Shown in pieces: positions 32,260 through 41,640 of a stretch of 64,000 nt of DNA. This DNA comes from an uncultured Verrucomicrobiae bacterium (GTDB lineage Bacteria; Verrucomicrobiota; Verrucomicrobiia; Chthoniobacterales; JAATET01), in NCBI GenBank assembly GCA_963740185.1, contig CAVUDH010000007.1:47740-111739 (forward strand), written 5' to 3'. The notes below the pieces were generated by a model. It was not told the origin of the DNA, did no database searches, and was given only the letters and a program-made list of their open reading frames with translations. Each line of letters begins with the position of its first letter. Positions within the stretch are counted from its first letter, which is position 1. A program made the translations under genes and the position numbers.

Positions 32260-33707
32260 ATAAGAACTCCTCAGCTATCGTTTCCAAAGTCTGGAACTAC
32301 GCGCACGTCTTAAGAGACTTCGGTATTGGCTACAACGAGTATGTCCAACAAATTACCTATCTTCTCTTTCTGAAGCTCGTCCACGAACGAGCGGACTTGG
32401 TATACTATCCGAAAGTCCCAAAAAGTAGGTCATGGGGCGCAATAATCTCCAAGGGTGATGTCAACCTAGTGGAATTTTATGACGAAACATTGGTTCATCT
32501 TTCGAAGAAGCCTGGATTTCTTAAGGCGATTTTCGGCGGAGCTGCAAATAAGATCAGGCGAACCGAGCATCTTCGATATCTGCTAAATCTCGTTGATCAA
32601 GATGATTGGTCCGATCTTCCTCCCGACGTCAAAGGGGAACTTTATGAGGGAATCCTAGAAAAGAATGCTCAGGATACTAAAAAGGGTGCGGGTCAGTATT
32701 TTACGCCACGTTCAATTGTGGAGGCGATTGTTCAAGTAACTACACCTAAGGAAAAAGATACTGTTTGTGATCCTGCATGTGGAACAGGTGGATTCTTATT
32801 GGCTGCGCATGAGTTTAGGAAAAGAACGATTTCTGGTTATGCTGCTTCGTACGACGCAGGCAAAGACAGAACGCTTTTCGGGACTGAGCTCGTCCTTGAT
32901 ACCGCTAAACTGTGCACTATGAATTTATACCTTCACGGAGTTGGAGGTTCTTTTGTGCCTGTGACTGTTGGCGATGCGCTGGAAAGGCCGTCGTCGCGGA
33001 AATACGACTTGATTCTCACGAATCCGCCTTTTGGCGTAAAGAGCTCCATCACTGTTATAGGTGAGGATCAAAAGAAAGACGCAGGTTCCATTGATTATAA
33101 TCGGTCAGAATTTTGGGCCACCACCAGCAACAAACAGCTCAACTTCCTCCAACACATCGTCAGCGAACTCAAGGTCGGCGGCACAGCAGCCGTCGTCCTC
33201 CCCGACAACGTCCTCTTCGAAGGCGGGGCGGGGGAAACCATCCGCCGCGAACTCCTCAAACGCTGCAACGTCCACACCCTCCTGCGCCTCCCCACCGGCA
33301 TCTTCTACGCCCAAGGCGTCAAGGCCAACGTCCTCTTCTTCGAGCGCAAGGAAGCCAGCGAAAAGCCCTGGACCAAAGACCTCTGGATCTACGACCTGCG
33401 GACGAACCGACACTTCACCCTCAAAACCAATCCGCTGAAGGAGGCGGATCTGGTGGATTTTGTGAAGTGTTACAAGGGGAAGAATCAGAGGCGGGACGCC
33501 TCTGCCACCTTCAAGAAATTCACCTACGAGGAGATCGTCGCCCGCGACAAAGCGAACCTCGACATCTTCTGGCTGAAAGACGAATCGCTCGAAGACAGCG
33601 AAAACCTCCCGGCTCCCGCGGTCCTCGCCGCCGAGATCGTCGAATCCCTCGAATCCGCGCTGGAAGAATTTCGGGCCGTGGAATTGGCGATGAACAGTTC
33701 AAACTAG
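32256..33707 (+). CDS. hsdM: Type I R-M DNA methyltransferase subunit HsdM (N6-adenine)
   Basis: HsdM_N-type start (IVSKVWNYAHVLRDFGIGYNEYVQQITYLLFLK), motif I DPACGTGGFLL, motif IV LILTNPPFG. ATG 32256 overlaps the upstream stop. G+C rises abruptly near 33115. Confidence 0.92.
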   Translation: MNKNSSAIVSKVWNYAHVLRDFGIGYNEYVQQITYLLFLKLVHERADLVYYPKVPKSRSWGAIISKGDVNLVEFYDETLVHLSKKPGFLKAIFGGAANKIRRTEHLRYLLNLVDQDDWSDLPPDVKGELYEGILEKNAQDTKKGAGQYFTPRSIVEAIVQVTTPKEKDTVCDPACGTGGFLLAAHEFRKRTISGYAASYDAGKDRTLFGTELVLDTAKLCTMNLYLHGVGGSFVPVTVGDALERPSSRKYDLILTNPPFGVKSSITVIGEDQKKDAGSIDYNRSEFWATTSNKQLNFLQHIVSELKVGGTAAVVLPDNVLFEGGAGETIRRELLKRCNVHTLLRLPTGIFYAQGVKANVLFFERKEASEKPWTKDLWIYDLRTNRHFTLKTNPLKEADLVDFVKCYKGKNQRRDASATFKKFTYEEIVARDKANLDIFWLKDESLEDSENLPAPAVLAAEIVESLESALEEFRAVELAMNSSN

Positions 33708-33788
33708 CAGAATCCCATGAGCCGCAACCCATCCGAGCAGCCCGGTCTCGCCAAACGCGATGGGGAGCAGTTTACAGTTTAGACCGCC

Positions 33789-34700
33789 ATGCCGATCCCG
33801 CCCGTTTCCCGATTCCGCGTGCCGCTTTTCCGCCTGCTTGGCGATGGCAAGGACCGTTCGCTCGGCGATGCTGCCAATGCTCTCGCTGACGAATTTAAGC
33901 TCACGTCCGACGAGCGGGCGCAAGTGGTTCCCAGTTCTGGCTATTCCGTGATGCGGCATCGCACGGGGTGGGCGGCGTTTCACCTCCGCAAGGCGGGGCT
34001 GCTCGAAGAAGGAATCTTCGGTGTGCTGCGGATCACGGAGGCGGGGAAGAAGTTCCTCGCGACGAATCCTGAAGCGCTCACGCAGGGCGTGCTCAAGCAG
34101 TTTCCTGCTTATCGAGAGTGGCAGCAGGCGGTAAAGAAGGGGCTGCCGGAGGAGCAGAACAGCGTCGAAGAGGACGAGACGACCTCGCCGGAGGAGCGCA
34201 TCGAATCCGACCACCGCGCTCTGCGGGCAAATCTGGCCGCCGAGCTTCTGCAGATCGTGAAATCGGGATCTCCGGAATTTTTCGAGCGGCTGGTCATCGA
34301 TCTGCTAGTCAAGATGGGCTTCGGCGAATCGCGCGAGGAGGCCAGCCGGGCCACGCGATCCAGCGGCGACGGGGGCATTGATGGCGTGATTGATGCCGAT
34401 CGGCTCGGTCTGGATGCGCTCTACGTCCCGGCAAAGCGCTGGAAGAATTCGGTGGGCGAACCGGAGTTGCGTGATTTCTTCGGGGCGCTGGATGCCCATC
34501 GCGCGACCAAAGGCGTCTTCATCACGACCAGCTCCTTCAGCGAAGCGGCGAAGAATTACGCGGGACGGGTCACCAAGAAGATCAGCCTCATCGACGGCCC
34601 GAAGCTCGCGTCGCTTATGGTCGATTTCGGCGTGGGGGTTTCAACGGCGAAGGTTTACGAACTGAAGAAGATCGATTCGGATTACTTCAAGGAAGGTTGA
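33789..34700 (+). CDS. mrr: Mrr-family type IV restriction endonuclease (Mrr_N wHTH + Mrr_cat)
   Basis: SGDGGIDGVIDADRLGLDALYVPAKRWKNSVGEPELRDFFGAL...GVFITTSSFSEAAKNYA is colinear with E. coli Mrr. The expected YVQAKRW reads YVPAKRW. Confidence 0.88.
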   Translation: MPIPPVSRFRVPLFRLLGDGKDRSLGDAANALADEFKLTSDERAQVVPSSGYSVMRHRTGWAAFHLRKAGLLEEGIFGVLRITEAGKKFLATNPEALTQGVLKQFPAYREWQQAVKKGLPEEQNSVEEDETTSPEERIESDHRALRANLAAELLQIVKSGSPEFFERLVIDLLVKMGFGESREEASRATRSSGDGGIDGVIDADRLGLDALYVPAKRWKNSVGEPELRDFFGALDAHRATKGVFITTSSFSEAAKNYAGRVTKKISLIDGPKLASLMVDFGVGVSTAKVYELKKIDSDYFKEG

Positions 34701-34710
34701 TTCGACTGAA

Positions 34711-35600
34711 ATGAATCTCTGGCTCGGCATCATTCTGGCTGGGTGGCTTGTCTTCTTGACGGTCGTCGTTGCGATCTTTCGATTCAGCATTCACCGACGC
34801 AAAGAACATCCGCCAGTCGAGTTTCTACTCCTCCGAGAGCCCGGTGAGGGGCTACGGATTCGGATCGCGAAGATGGATGAAGATCTGTCTTTTCAGCTTC
34901 TCTTAAGCTTCGTTCTCCCATTAGGCGCGATGTGGGCGGTGCTGACAGGCTTGATTGCGCTGAAAGTGACAAATCCGTGGCTTTTTCTTGGGGCTCTCGC
35001 TGTCACGTTGATCGGAGGGGTGGCGGTCTCGGGCCGATTCCTGTTCCGAAAGCTGATGGAACGCCGGCGTTGCTACCTTGGCTATTTCGGGGAGCGGGAA
35101 GTGGGTGAGAAGTTGGCGCCTTTGATCCGTCGTGGGTTCCATGTCTTCCACGATGTCCCGGCGGAGGCGGGCGGGCGTAAATTCAACATCGATCACGTCG
35201 TGATTGGGCAGACCGGTGCTTTTGTGATCGAAACGAAGACCCGCCGGAAGCGGAAGACGGGATTGAAGGAGGGTCGAAAAGCCCATGAGGTGATCTTCGA
35301 CGGTGGGAAACTGCTCTGGCCGACGGGGGACGATCGGGTGCTTTGGCGCAGGCGGAGCGGAATGCGAAGTGGGTGGCGGAGTGGCTGCAAAAGATGCTGG
35401 GTCGCGAAATCTCGGTTCTGCCGATGCTGGCGCTCCCCGGATGGTGGGTGACGCTGACGGGGAAAGGCGCGGTGAGCGTCCAAAACCCGAAGAACCTTCC
35501 AAGCGTAATCGAAGGCTACCGGAAGACGCCGCTGACGGATGGCGAGGTGGATCTGGTCCGGCGACAGCTCGATGCGCGTTGTCGTGACGTCCGGCTATAG
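34711..35600 (+). CDS. Membrane-anchored NERD-domain protein, frame break at about 35338
   Basis: Three or four N-terminal TM helices, then a NERD core YFGEREVGEKLAPLIRRGFHVFHDVP...FNIDHVVIGQTGAFVIETKT. ORFs 34711-35451 and 35343-35600 join at WPTGDDR|LAQAERNAKWVAEWL. Confidence 0.8.
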
Positions 35601-35897
35601 GCGGCGGCAATGTGACGATACGGATACATTTTGAACAAAAGGTCGCTAAGGGCGCAAAGGGATGAACAATGCAGATGAGCTTGCGAAGTCGTCGACCCAA
35701 CTGCGCGACGGTTTTATCGCTTCATCCTGTCGAGGTGCGGCTCGCCCAACATTTTCGGAGAACTTCGTGTGCAGGAAAATCAGGGTTCCTTTACGTAACG
35801 CGGTTTTTCGGCAGGCTGCCCTGCTGCGGAGGGTGACTTTCTCGACGAACTCGAGGTGGCTCGACTTGCGGCGATGCCTTGGTGACACTGCCCGGCA

Positions 35898-36776
35898 ATG
35901 AACTCGCGTGAGAAGTGGATCGGCTGGGGATTGTTGGCCCCGGCCCTGATTCTGGTGGCGGGGGTGGCGATTTACCCGGTCCTGCGCACCATCGGACTCA
36001 GCTTCTTTTCCCAGAATCTGGCGACCGAGCTGAAGCCGGTGTTTGCGGGGTTGCTGAATTACGAACGTCTGCTGGCGGACGCGCATTTCTGGGAAACGGT
36101 CGGTCGAACGCTGATCTTCACCGGGTTGGCGGTCGGCGCGGAGTTGATCCTTGGGCTGGCGGCGGCATTGGCGCTTCACCATTCGCCGGTCGGGCGGGGA
36201 TTGGCACGGACGGCGGCGCTGGTGCCCTGGGTGTTGCCGACGTCGGCGTTGGCGCTGGGCTGGATCTGGATTTTCAACGACCAGTTCGGCGTGGTGAATG
36301 ATTTGCTTCAGGGGGCGGGAGTGATCAAGGAGCCAGTGGTGTGGCTGGGCCGGCCGGGGTCGGCGTTCACCGCGCTGGTTTTGGCGGACGTCTGGAAGAC
36401 GACTCCGTTTATCACGATTCTGCTGTTGGCCGGTCTGCAGACGATCCCGGGGCAACTTTACGAAGCCGCTGCCATCGACGGAGCGAGCCGGGTGCGGCAA
36501 TTTTTTGCCATCACGCTGCCATTGCTCCGACCCACGATCTTCGTGGCGGTCTTGTTTCGAGCTCTGCAGTCGTTTGGCATTTTTGATCTGGTCTACGTGA
36601 TGACCGGCGGTGGCCCCGGAGGCGCGACGGAGACGGTCGCGCTCTACACCTACCGCAATTTCATGCGCTACCTGGATTTCGGCTACGCTTCGGCGTTGCT
36701 GGTCGTGACCGCTGGCGTGATGGCGGTCATGACGGTCGGAATTTGGGCAGCGCTGGGACGGGAGAGGGGGCAATGA
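35898..36776 (+). CDS. Carbohydrate ABC transporter permease (MalF/UgpA-like)
   Basis: Six TM helices and an EAA loop (YEAAAIDGASRVRQFFAITLPLLRP). Confidence 0.88.
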   Translation: MNSREKWIGWGLLAPALILVAGVAIYPVLRTIGLSFFSQNLATELKPVFAGLLNYERLLADAHFWETVGRTLIFTGLAVGAELILGLAAALALHHSPVGRGLARTAALVPWVLPTSALALGWIWIFNDQFGVVNDLLQGAGVIKEPVVWLGRPGSAFTALVLADVWKTTPFITILLLAGLQTIPGQLYEAAAIDGASRVRQFFAITLPLLRPTIFVAVLFRALQSFGIFDLVYVMTGGGPGGATETVALYTYRNFMRYLDFGYASALLVVTAGVMAVMTVGIWAALGRERGQ

Positions 36777-37600
36777 GAGGCCGGACGGTGTGGGGCGTGA
36801 TTTCGCTGTCGTTGCTGGTCGCGTGGTGCCTCGGGCCGCTTTGGTGGCAGGTGATCACCTCGGTCAAACCCGACGGCGAAATTACGGGATTGCCGGTGAC
36901 CTATTGGCCGGGAGACTGGACTTTCGAACGGTATATCGAGCTGTTCGTGCGGCGACCATTCGCACGTTTTTTGTGGAACAGCTTCTTTATCAGTTTCTGC
37001 GCGACGATTTTATGTTTGGTCGTCAGTGTGCCCGCAGCGTATTCCTTCGCACGACTGCGCCCCCGGGGTGGGTCGATGATTGTCGGCGTCCTGATCGCGG
37101 TGTCGTTCTTTCCGATGATCGCGTTTTTCTTCCCGCTGTACGAAGTGGTGCGGTGGCTGGGGCTGACGAATCATCCCATCGCGTTGATCGTGCCTTACGC
37201 CGCGTTCAACCTGCCGATTGGCATTTTGTTCCTAACGGCATTTTTCCGAACAATCCCGCGCGAAATTGACGAAGCGGGGGTGATGGACGGGCTGGGTCGC
37301 ATCCGGACGCTGTGGCACCTGATCCTGCCGCTCTCGGTGCCGGGATTGGTGACATCGGGATTGCTGGTGTTCATCGCTTCGTGGAACGAATTTTTGCTGG
37401 CGCTGACGTTTCTTCCGAGATCGGAGGCGCAAACCATCACCGTCGCAATCGCGGGTCTGAGTGGCGGAAGCCTCTTTGAACTGCCCTGGGGCATCATCGC
37501 GGCGGCCATCGTGGTCAGCGTGGCGCCGCTGCTGGTGTTGGTCGCGTTTTTCCAACGCCGAATCGTTGAGGGGCTGACCGAGGGGACGGTCACCAACTAG
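36773..37600 (+). CDS. Carbohydrate ABC transporter permease (MalG/UgpE-like)
   Basis: ATG overlaps the upstream stop (ATGA). EAA loop EIDEAGVMDGLGRIRTLWHLILPLSVP. Confidence 0.88.
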   Translation: MRGRTVWGVISLSLLVAWCLGPLWWQVITSVKPDGEITGLPVTYWPGDWTFERYIELFVRRPFARFLWNSFFISFCATILCLVVSVPAAYSFARLRPRGGSMIVGVLIAVSFFPMIAFFFPLYEVVRWLGLTNHPIALIVPYAAFNLPIGILFLTAFFRTIPREIDEAGVMDGLGRIRTLWHLILPLSVPGLVTSGLLVFIASWNEFLLALTFLPRSEAQTITVAIAGLSGGSLFELPWGIIAAAIVVSVAPLLVLVAFFQRRIVEGLTEGTVTN

Positions 37601-37613
37601 CGGGGACCAATCG

Positions 37614-38378
37614 TCAGCTTCGGTCGATGAGTCGGCGCAGAGTTGCGGCCTCGCGGGGAAGGAGGGCTGGGGCGTTATCGGTGACGAACTCGAGGAGCAG
37701 ATGCCGGTCTTTTCCGTCCTTATTCAATAACGCGAGGTATTCCCGCCAGTCATCCAAGCCGTCGGCCAGCGCGAGGCGCTCGCCGTCGAGCGCCCAATGG
37801 AAAACGTGGAGATTGGAAGCACGCTGAAGACAGGCTTCGAGGCTGGAAAGACACTCCGGCGCAGCCATCCCGCGGGGCGTCTGCCAAAGCGTGTCGAGAT
37901 TCGGGTGGTCGACGGCATCAAGGAGCCTCAGCGTGGACGCCGTTGTGTCGGTGTAGGTGCCGCCGTGGAACTCGAGCGCGATGCCGACGCCGGATTTCCC
38001 GGCCATTTCGGCGGCGACCCGCAGGCGGTCGGCGAGAACCTGGAGTCCGCGATCATCGACGTCCTCGGAGCCAACCGAGCCGGCCCAAACCCGGATCTTC
38101 GGAGCATCGAGGGCGACGGCCGTTTCGAGAATGGGTTCGAACTCCGGAAGGTCCCCATCGGCGGTGACGCAGCGGTAGTAGGACCCGTAGGCGGCGGTCT
38201 GGAGCCCGGCGGCGGCGGTCAGCGCTGCGACCTCCCGAGCATTGGCAGGATTGTCCGGCGGCACGTGGATGTCGCCGCCCCACTCGATGGATCGAAGGCC
38301 GGAGCTGGCGGCGAGTTCGGTGAGTTCGCGCGGGGCGAGTTGACGGAAGGTGACGGAGACGAGACCGGGGATCAGCAT
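37614..38378 (-). CDS. Sugar phosphate isomerase/epimerase (xylose-isomerase-like TIM barrel)
   Basis: 254 aa from ATG 38378: MLIPGLVSVTFRQLAPRELTELAASSGLRSIEWGGDIHVPP...GIALEFHGGTYTDT, typical of this family. The longer ORF start would overlap the upstream gene. Confidence 0.7.
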   Translation of the reverse strand: MLIPGLVSVTFRQLAPRELTELAASSGLRSIEWGGDIHVPPDNPANAREVAALTAAAGLQTAAYGSYYRCVTADGDLPEFEPILETAVALDAPKIRVWAGSVGSEDVDDRGLQVLADRLRVAAEMAGKSGVGIALEFHGGTYTDTTASTLRLLDAVDHPNLDTLWQTPRGMAAPECLSSLEACLQRASNLHVFHWALDGERLALADGLDDWREYLALLNKDGKDRHLLLEFVTDNAPALLPREAATLRRLIDRS

Positions 38379-38395
38379 GGCGGCGTGGGGTTGGA

Positions 38396-39385
38396 TTAAG
38401 CCATCGTGGCAGCGGCTGCCCGGGTGACTTTCGCTTGGAGAGGTTCGTTGGCGAGGTAGCGACGACACTCGTCGACCATCGATTGCCCCATCCGGCGGCA
38501 CTCGTGGCCCTGACTGCCAGCAACGTGCGGGGTGAGCGCGACGTTTGGCAGCGTGTAGAGTGGCGAATCCGCTGGGGCGGGTTCGGGATGGGTGACGTCG
38601 AGGACGGCGAACAGGTCAGGGCGTTGGCGAAGGACCTCGATCATGGCGGGTTCGTCGACGATAGCCCCGCGAGCGGTGTTGATAAACGTCGCATCCGGTC
38701 GCATCGAAGCGAGCAGTGGCCCGGTGATCATCCCGATCGTCTCCGGCAGCAGCGGGGTATTGAGCGAGACCACGTCACTCCGCTCGAAGAGGGCGTCGAG
38801 AGAGACGAGTTCGACGTCGAGCTCGGCGGCTTTGGCGGGTGATAGGAAGGGATCGTAGGCGATGACGTGGTGGCTGAACGGGCGCAGATATTCACGCAGG
38901 AGGCGACCGGTCATGCCGAGCGAGATGATTCCGACGGTCGAATGGTAATTTCCGGCCACGCGTGGCTTCGGCGGAAACTCTCCCTGGCCTCGCGTCGAGA
39001 TCATCGTCGGTAAGACGCGTTTGGCGGCCAGGAGGATCTGCGCGAGGTTGAATTCGGCGACCGGCACCGCGTTCGATGCCCAAGCCGAGCAGACGGTGAG
39101 ATTGCGCTCCCACGCGAGATCCGTCATGAAGCCCCTGATCGATCCGGCACCGTAAAAAACGACTTTCAGGGCCGGGAAGGCGGCCAGGAATTCCTCATCC
39201 AGGCGGTGCATACCCCATCCGCTGAAGATCGCCTGGACATCCGTCAGTGAACCAAATTGTTCCCGGATGGTTTGGTTGGTGTAAGCGGTCGCGTCCACGT
39301 CAACGAGCGAAGCGATCTGCCGGCGCTCGTCCTCCCCGTAAATGTTGTCGAATTGAGCGGCGTCGAGGAGATAAATGGCTTTCAT
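38396..39385 (-). CDS. D-isomer-specific 2-hydroxyacid dehydrogenase family protein
   Basis: NAD-binding fold (VGIISLGMTGRLL...VIAYDP) and catalytic-domain motifs (FINTARGAIVDE, ALTPHVAGS). Confidence 0.8.
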   Translation of the reverse strand: MKAIYLLDAAQFDNIYGEDERRQIASLVDVDATAYTNQTIREQFGSLTDVQAIFSGWGMHRLDEEFLAAFPALKVVFYGAGSIRGFMTDLAWERNLTVCSAWASNAVPVAEFNLAQILLAAKRVLPTMISTRGQGEFPPKPRVAGNYHSTVGIISLGMTGRLLREYLRPFSHHVIAYDPFLSPAKAAELDVELVSLDALFERSDVVSLNTPLLPETIGMITGPLLASMRPDATFINTARGAIVDEPAMIEVLRQRPDLFAVLDVTHPEPAPADSPLYTLPNVALTPHVAGSQGHECRRMGQSMVDECRRYLANEPLQAKVTRAAAATMA

Positions 39386-39517
39386 GAAAACGGACTGATC
39401 GGGGCGGATGCGGCGTCACGCGATCGTCGAAATTTGCACCCCGATTCGCGAGGGGGGGTTATATCTGATCCGCTCTTTAGTCGACAGGGATTTTTGGGAT
39501 GAGCTAGGTTCTCCCGC

Positions 39518-41314
39518 GTGAGTTATCGTGTTTTTGCCCGGAAGTATCGCCCGCAGACCTTCGAACAGGTGGTGGGCCAGGAACACATCACACGGACTCT
39601 GCAGAACGCGATTTCCGCCGAGCGGCTGGCGCAGGCGTATCTTTTTGTCGGTCCGCGCGGCATCGGGAAGACGTCGACGGCGCGGATTCTGGCCAAGGCG
39701 CTGAACTGCGAACGCGGCCCCACCACCGAACCCTGCGGCGAATGCGACGCCTGTCGGGAAATCGCCGAGGGGAACAGTCTCGATGTCCTCGAAATCGACG
39801 GAGCCAGCAACAACTCGGTCGAATCCATCCGAGAGCTCCGCGAAAATGCCGCCTACGCGCCCGCGCGGGGACCGTTCAAAATCTACCTCATCGATGAGGT
39901 TCACATGTTGAGCACGGCTGCCTTCAACGCGTTGCTCAAGACACTGGAGGAGCCACCGCCGCACGTGAAGTTCATCTTCGCGACCACCGAAGCGCAGAAG
40001 GTGCCGGCGACGATTACCAGCCGGTGCCAGCGCTTTGACCTGCGCCGGATTCCCGCCGACCTGATCGCCGCGCACCTCCAGGCCATCGCCAAAAACGAAA
40101 ATGTTGAACTGGGCGACGCAGCCGCTGCGGCGATCGCCAAGGGAGCCGATGGCGGATTGCGTGACGCCGAGTCGATGCTGGATCAATTGGTCGCTTTCTG
40201 CGGCGAGACGGTCAACGAGGACGACGTCCTCACGGTCTTCGGTTTTACGGCCCACGAGACGGTGGTCGACCTGGGCGCACGGTTGTTCGCGCTCGATGCG
40301 GCCGCCGCGCTGGCGCTGGTCGCCGAGCAGGCCGAGGCCGGGCGGGATTTATCGCGATTGCTGGCGGACGTGATTGCGCACCTGCGGGATTTACTGGTGA
40401 CGAAAGTCCAGCCCGGTGATGACTCGGAGTCCAACACCCAGGCTGAAGCGGTCTCGCGGGAGAAATTGATCTCGCTGCTGGAGCATTTTGCCGAGGTCGA
40501 AGGTCGACTGCGATGGGCGACCGACAAACGCCTCTACCTCGACGTGGCCGTGATCAAAGCCGTCCATCTCCTCGACGCGACGAGTCTGTCCGACGTCATC
40601 GACACGCTCACCGCGATTGGCGAAGGCGGCGAGGCGGTGCGGCGTCCCCGGGTGTCGGATCAAGCGCGCGAGCAACTCGCCGAGCAGCGTCACACGCTGC
40701 CGGAGCGTGAGCCGGTCGCTCGGCGTGAGGTTCCCCTGGCGAGGGAGATTCCGGCAGCAAAGAAGGAGGTGCCGCGACCAGAGACGGTCGCGAAACCCAC
40801 CGAGCGCCCCGCGCCAACGCCGAGTCAGCCCACGCCGGTCGAGACGGTCGCACCGGTCGTCTCCGAAGATCCGCCGCCGCCAGCGGCGGAAGGCCCCGGG
40901 GCCACGTGGACCGCGTTGTCGGCGGAGTTGGCCATTAAATCGGTAATTCAATTTGGCTGGCTCGCCCGAGGCGAATTTGCCGGGCTGGATGGCGAGAAAT
41001 TCCGGGTGAGATTCCCAGCGTCTCTCGAGGAGAACACAAAAGGAAATTTTTGGCCCGACCTGCGAAAGCGGGTGGAAGAGCGGTTGAAGGAATTGCTTGG
41101 TCAGCGCGTTGAGTTCGTCGGGGAGTTTGCCTCGGGGATGCCCGACCCCGAGCCCGTGGAGGAGGAGCCCAAATCCGAGGTGGCGGCACCGGCTTCGGTC
41201 GCTCCGGAACCCGAGGACTCGCCGGAGGATACGATGAAAAAATTCCGAAACGACCCGCTCATCCGGAAAGCGATTGAAGTCTTCCGGGCGGAAATAGAGA
41301 CTCCCGCCTCATGA
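39518..41314 (+). CDS. dnaX: DNA polymerase III subunit gamma/tau
   Basis: YRVFARKYRPQTFEQVVGQEHI, GPRGIGKTSTARILAKALNC, Zn module CGECDACREI, YLIDEVHMLS, and a Pro-rich linker. GTG start. Confidence 0.93.
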   Translation: MSYRVFARKYRPQTFEQVVGQEHITRTLQNAISAERLAQAYLFVGPRGIGKTSTARILAKALNCERGPTTEPCGECDACREIAEGNSLDVLEIDGASNNSVESIRELRENAAYAPARGPFKIYLIDEVHMLSTAAFNALLKTLEEPPPHVKFIFATTEAQKVPATITSRCQRFDLRRIPADLIAAHLQAIAKNENVELGDAAAAAIAKGADGGLRDAESMLDQLVAFCGETVNEDDVLTVFGFTAHETVVDLGARLFALDAAAALALVAEQAEAGRDLSRLLADVIAHLRDLLVTKVQPGDDSESNTQAEAVSREKLISLLEHFAEVEGRLRWATDKRLYLDVAVIKAVHLLDATSLSDVIDTLTAIGEGGEAVRRPRVSDQAREQLAEQRHTLPEREPVARREVPLAREIPAAKKEVPRPETVAKPTERPAPTPSQPTPVETVAPVVSEDPPPPAAEGPGATWTALSAELAIKSVIQFGWLARGEFAGLDGEKFRVRFPASLEENTKGNFWPDLRKRVEERLKELLGQRVEFVGEFASGMPDPEPVEEEPKSEVAAPASVAPEPEDSPEDTMKKFRNDPLIRKAIEVFRAEIETPAS

Positions 41315-41625
41315 ATATTCAAAAAATGCTCAAGCAGGCGCAGCAGATGCAGGAAAAGATGGCATCAGCGCAGGCGGAACTCGGCGACAAGACGGTGGAA
41401 TCCAGCGTGGGCGGAGGCCGGGTCACGGTGGTCGCCAACGGTGCCGGCGACGTCCTTTCGATCAAGATCGATCCCGCCGTGGTCGATCCCGAGGACGTCG
41501 AAATGCTCGAAGATCTCGTACTCAGCGGCGTCCAGCAGGCCATCGGTGAAGCCAAGCAAATGGCCAGCGACGAGATGGGCAAGCTGACCGCGGGGATGAA
41601 CATTCCCGGTCTGCCCGGGATGTGA
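41311..41625 (+). CDS. ybaB: YbaB/EbfC nucleoid-associated protein
   Basis: 104 aa, MLKQAQQMQEKMASAQAELGDKTVESSVGGGRVTVVANG. Overlaps the dnaX stop. Confidence 0.9.
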   Translation: MNIQKMLKQAQQMQEKMASAQAELGDKTVESSVGGGRVTVVANGAGDVLSIKIDPAVVDPEDVEMLEDLVLSGVQQAIGEAKQMASDEMGKLTAGMNIPGLPGM

Positions 41626-41640
41626 TCCCCCGGTTTCGGT

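Larger units (their letters stand above)
24043..35600. other. Defence island: type I R-M scaffold with fic, Septu-like ATPase/HNH pair, mrr and NERD genes
   Basis: Nine co-oriented genes with short gaps or 4-nt overlaps. Flanked on the left by a decayed methyltransferase gene and on the right by an ABC permease pair lacking its binding-protein gene. Contains an internal lower-GC module. Confidence 0.8.

Noticed and set aside
41231-41245. A-run (atgaaaaaattcc) in dnaX as the gamma/tau frameshift site.
   Set aside because: It lies about 25 codons from the 3' end, far from where a gamma-type truncation would occur, and it is not an A AAA AAG heptamer in the right frame.
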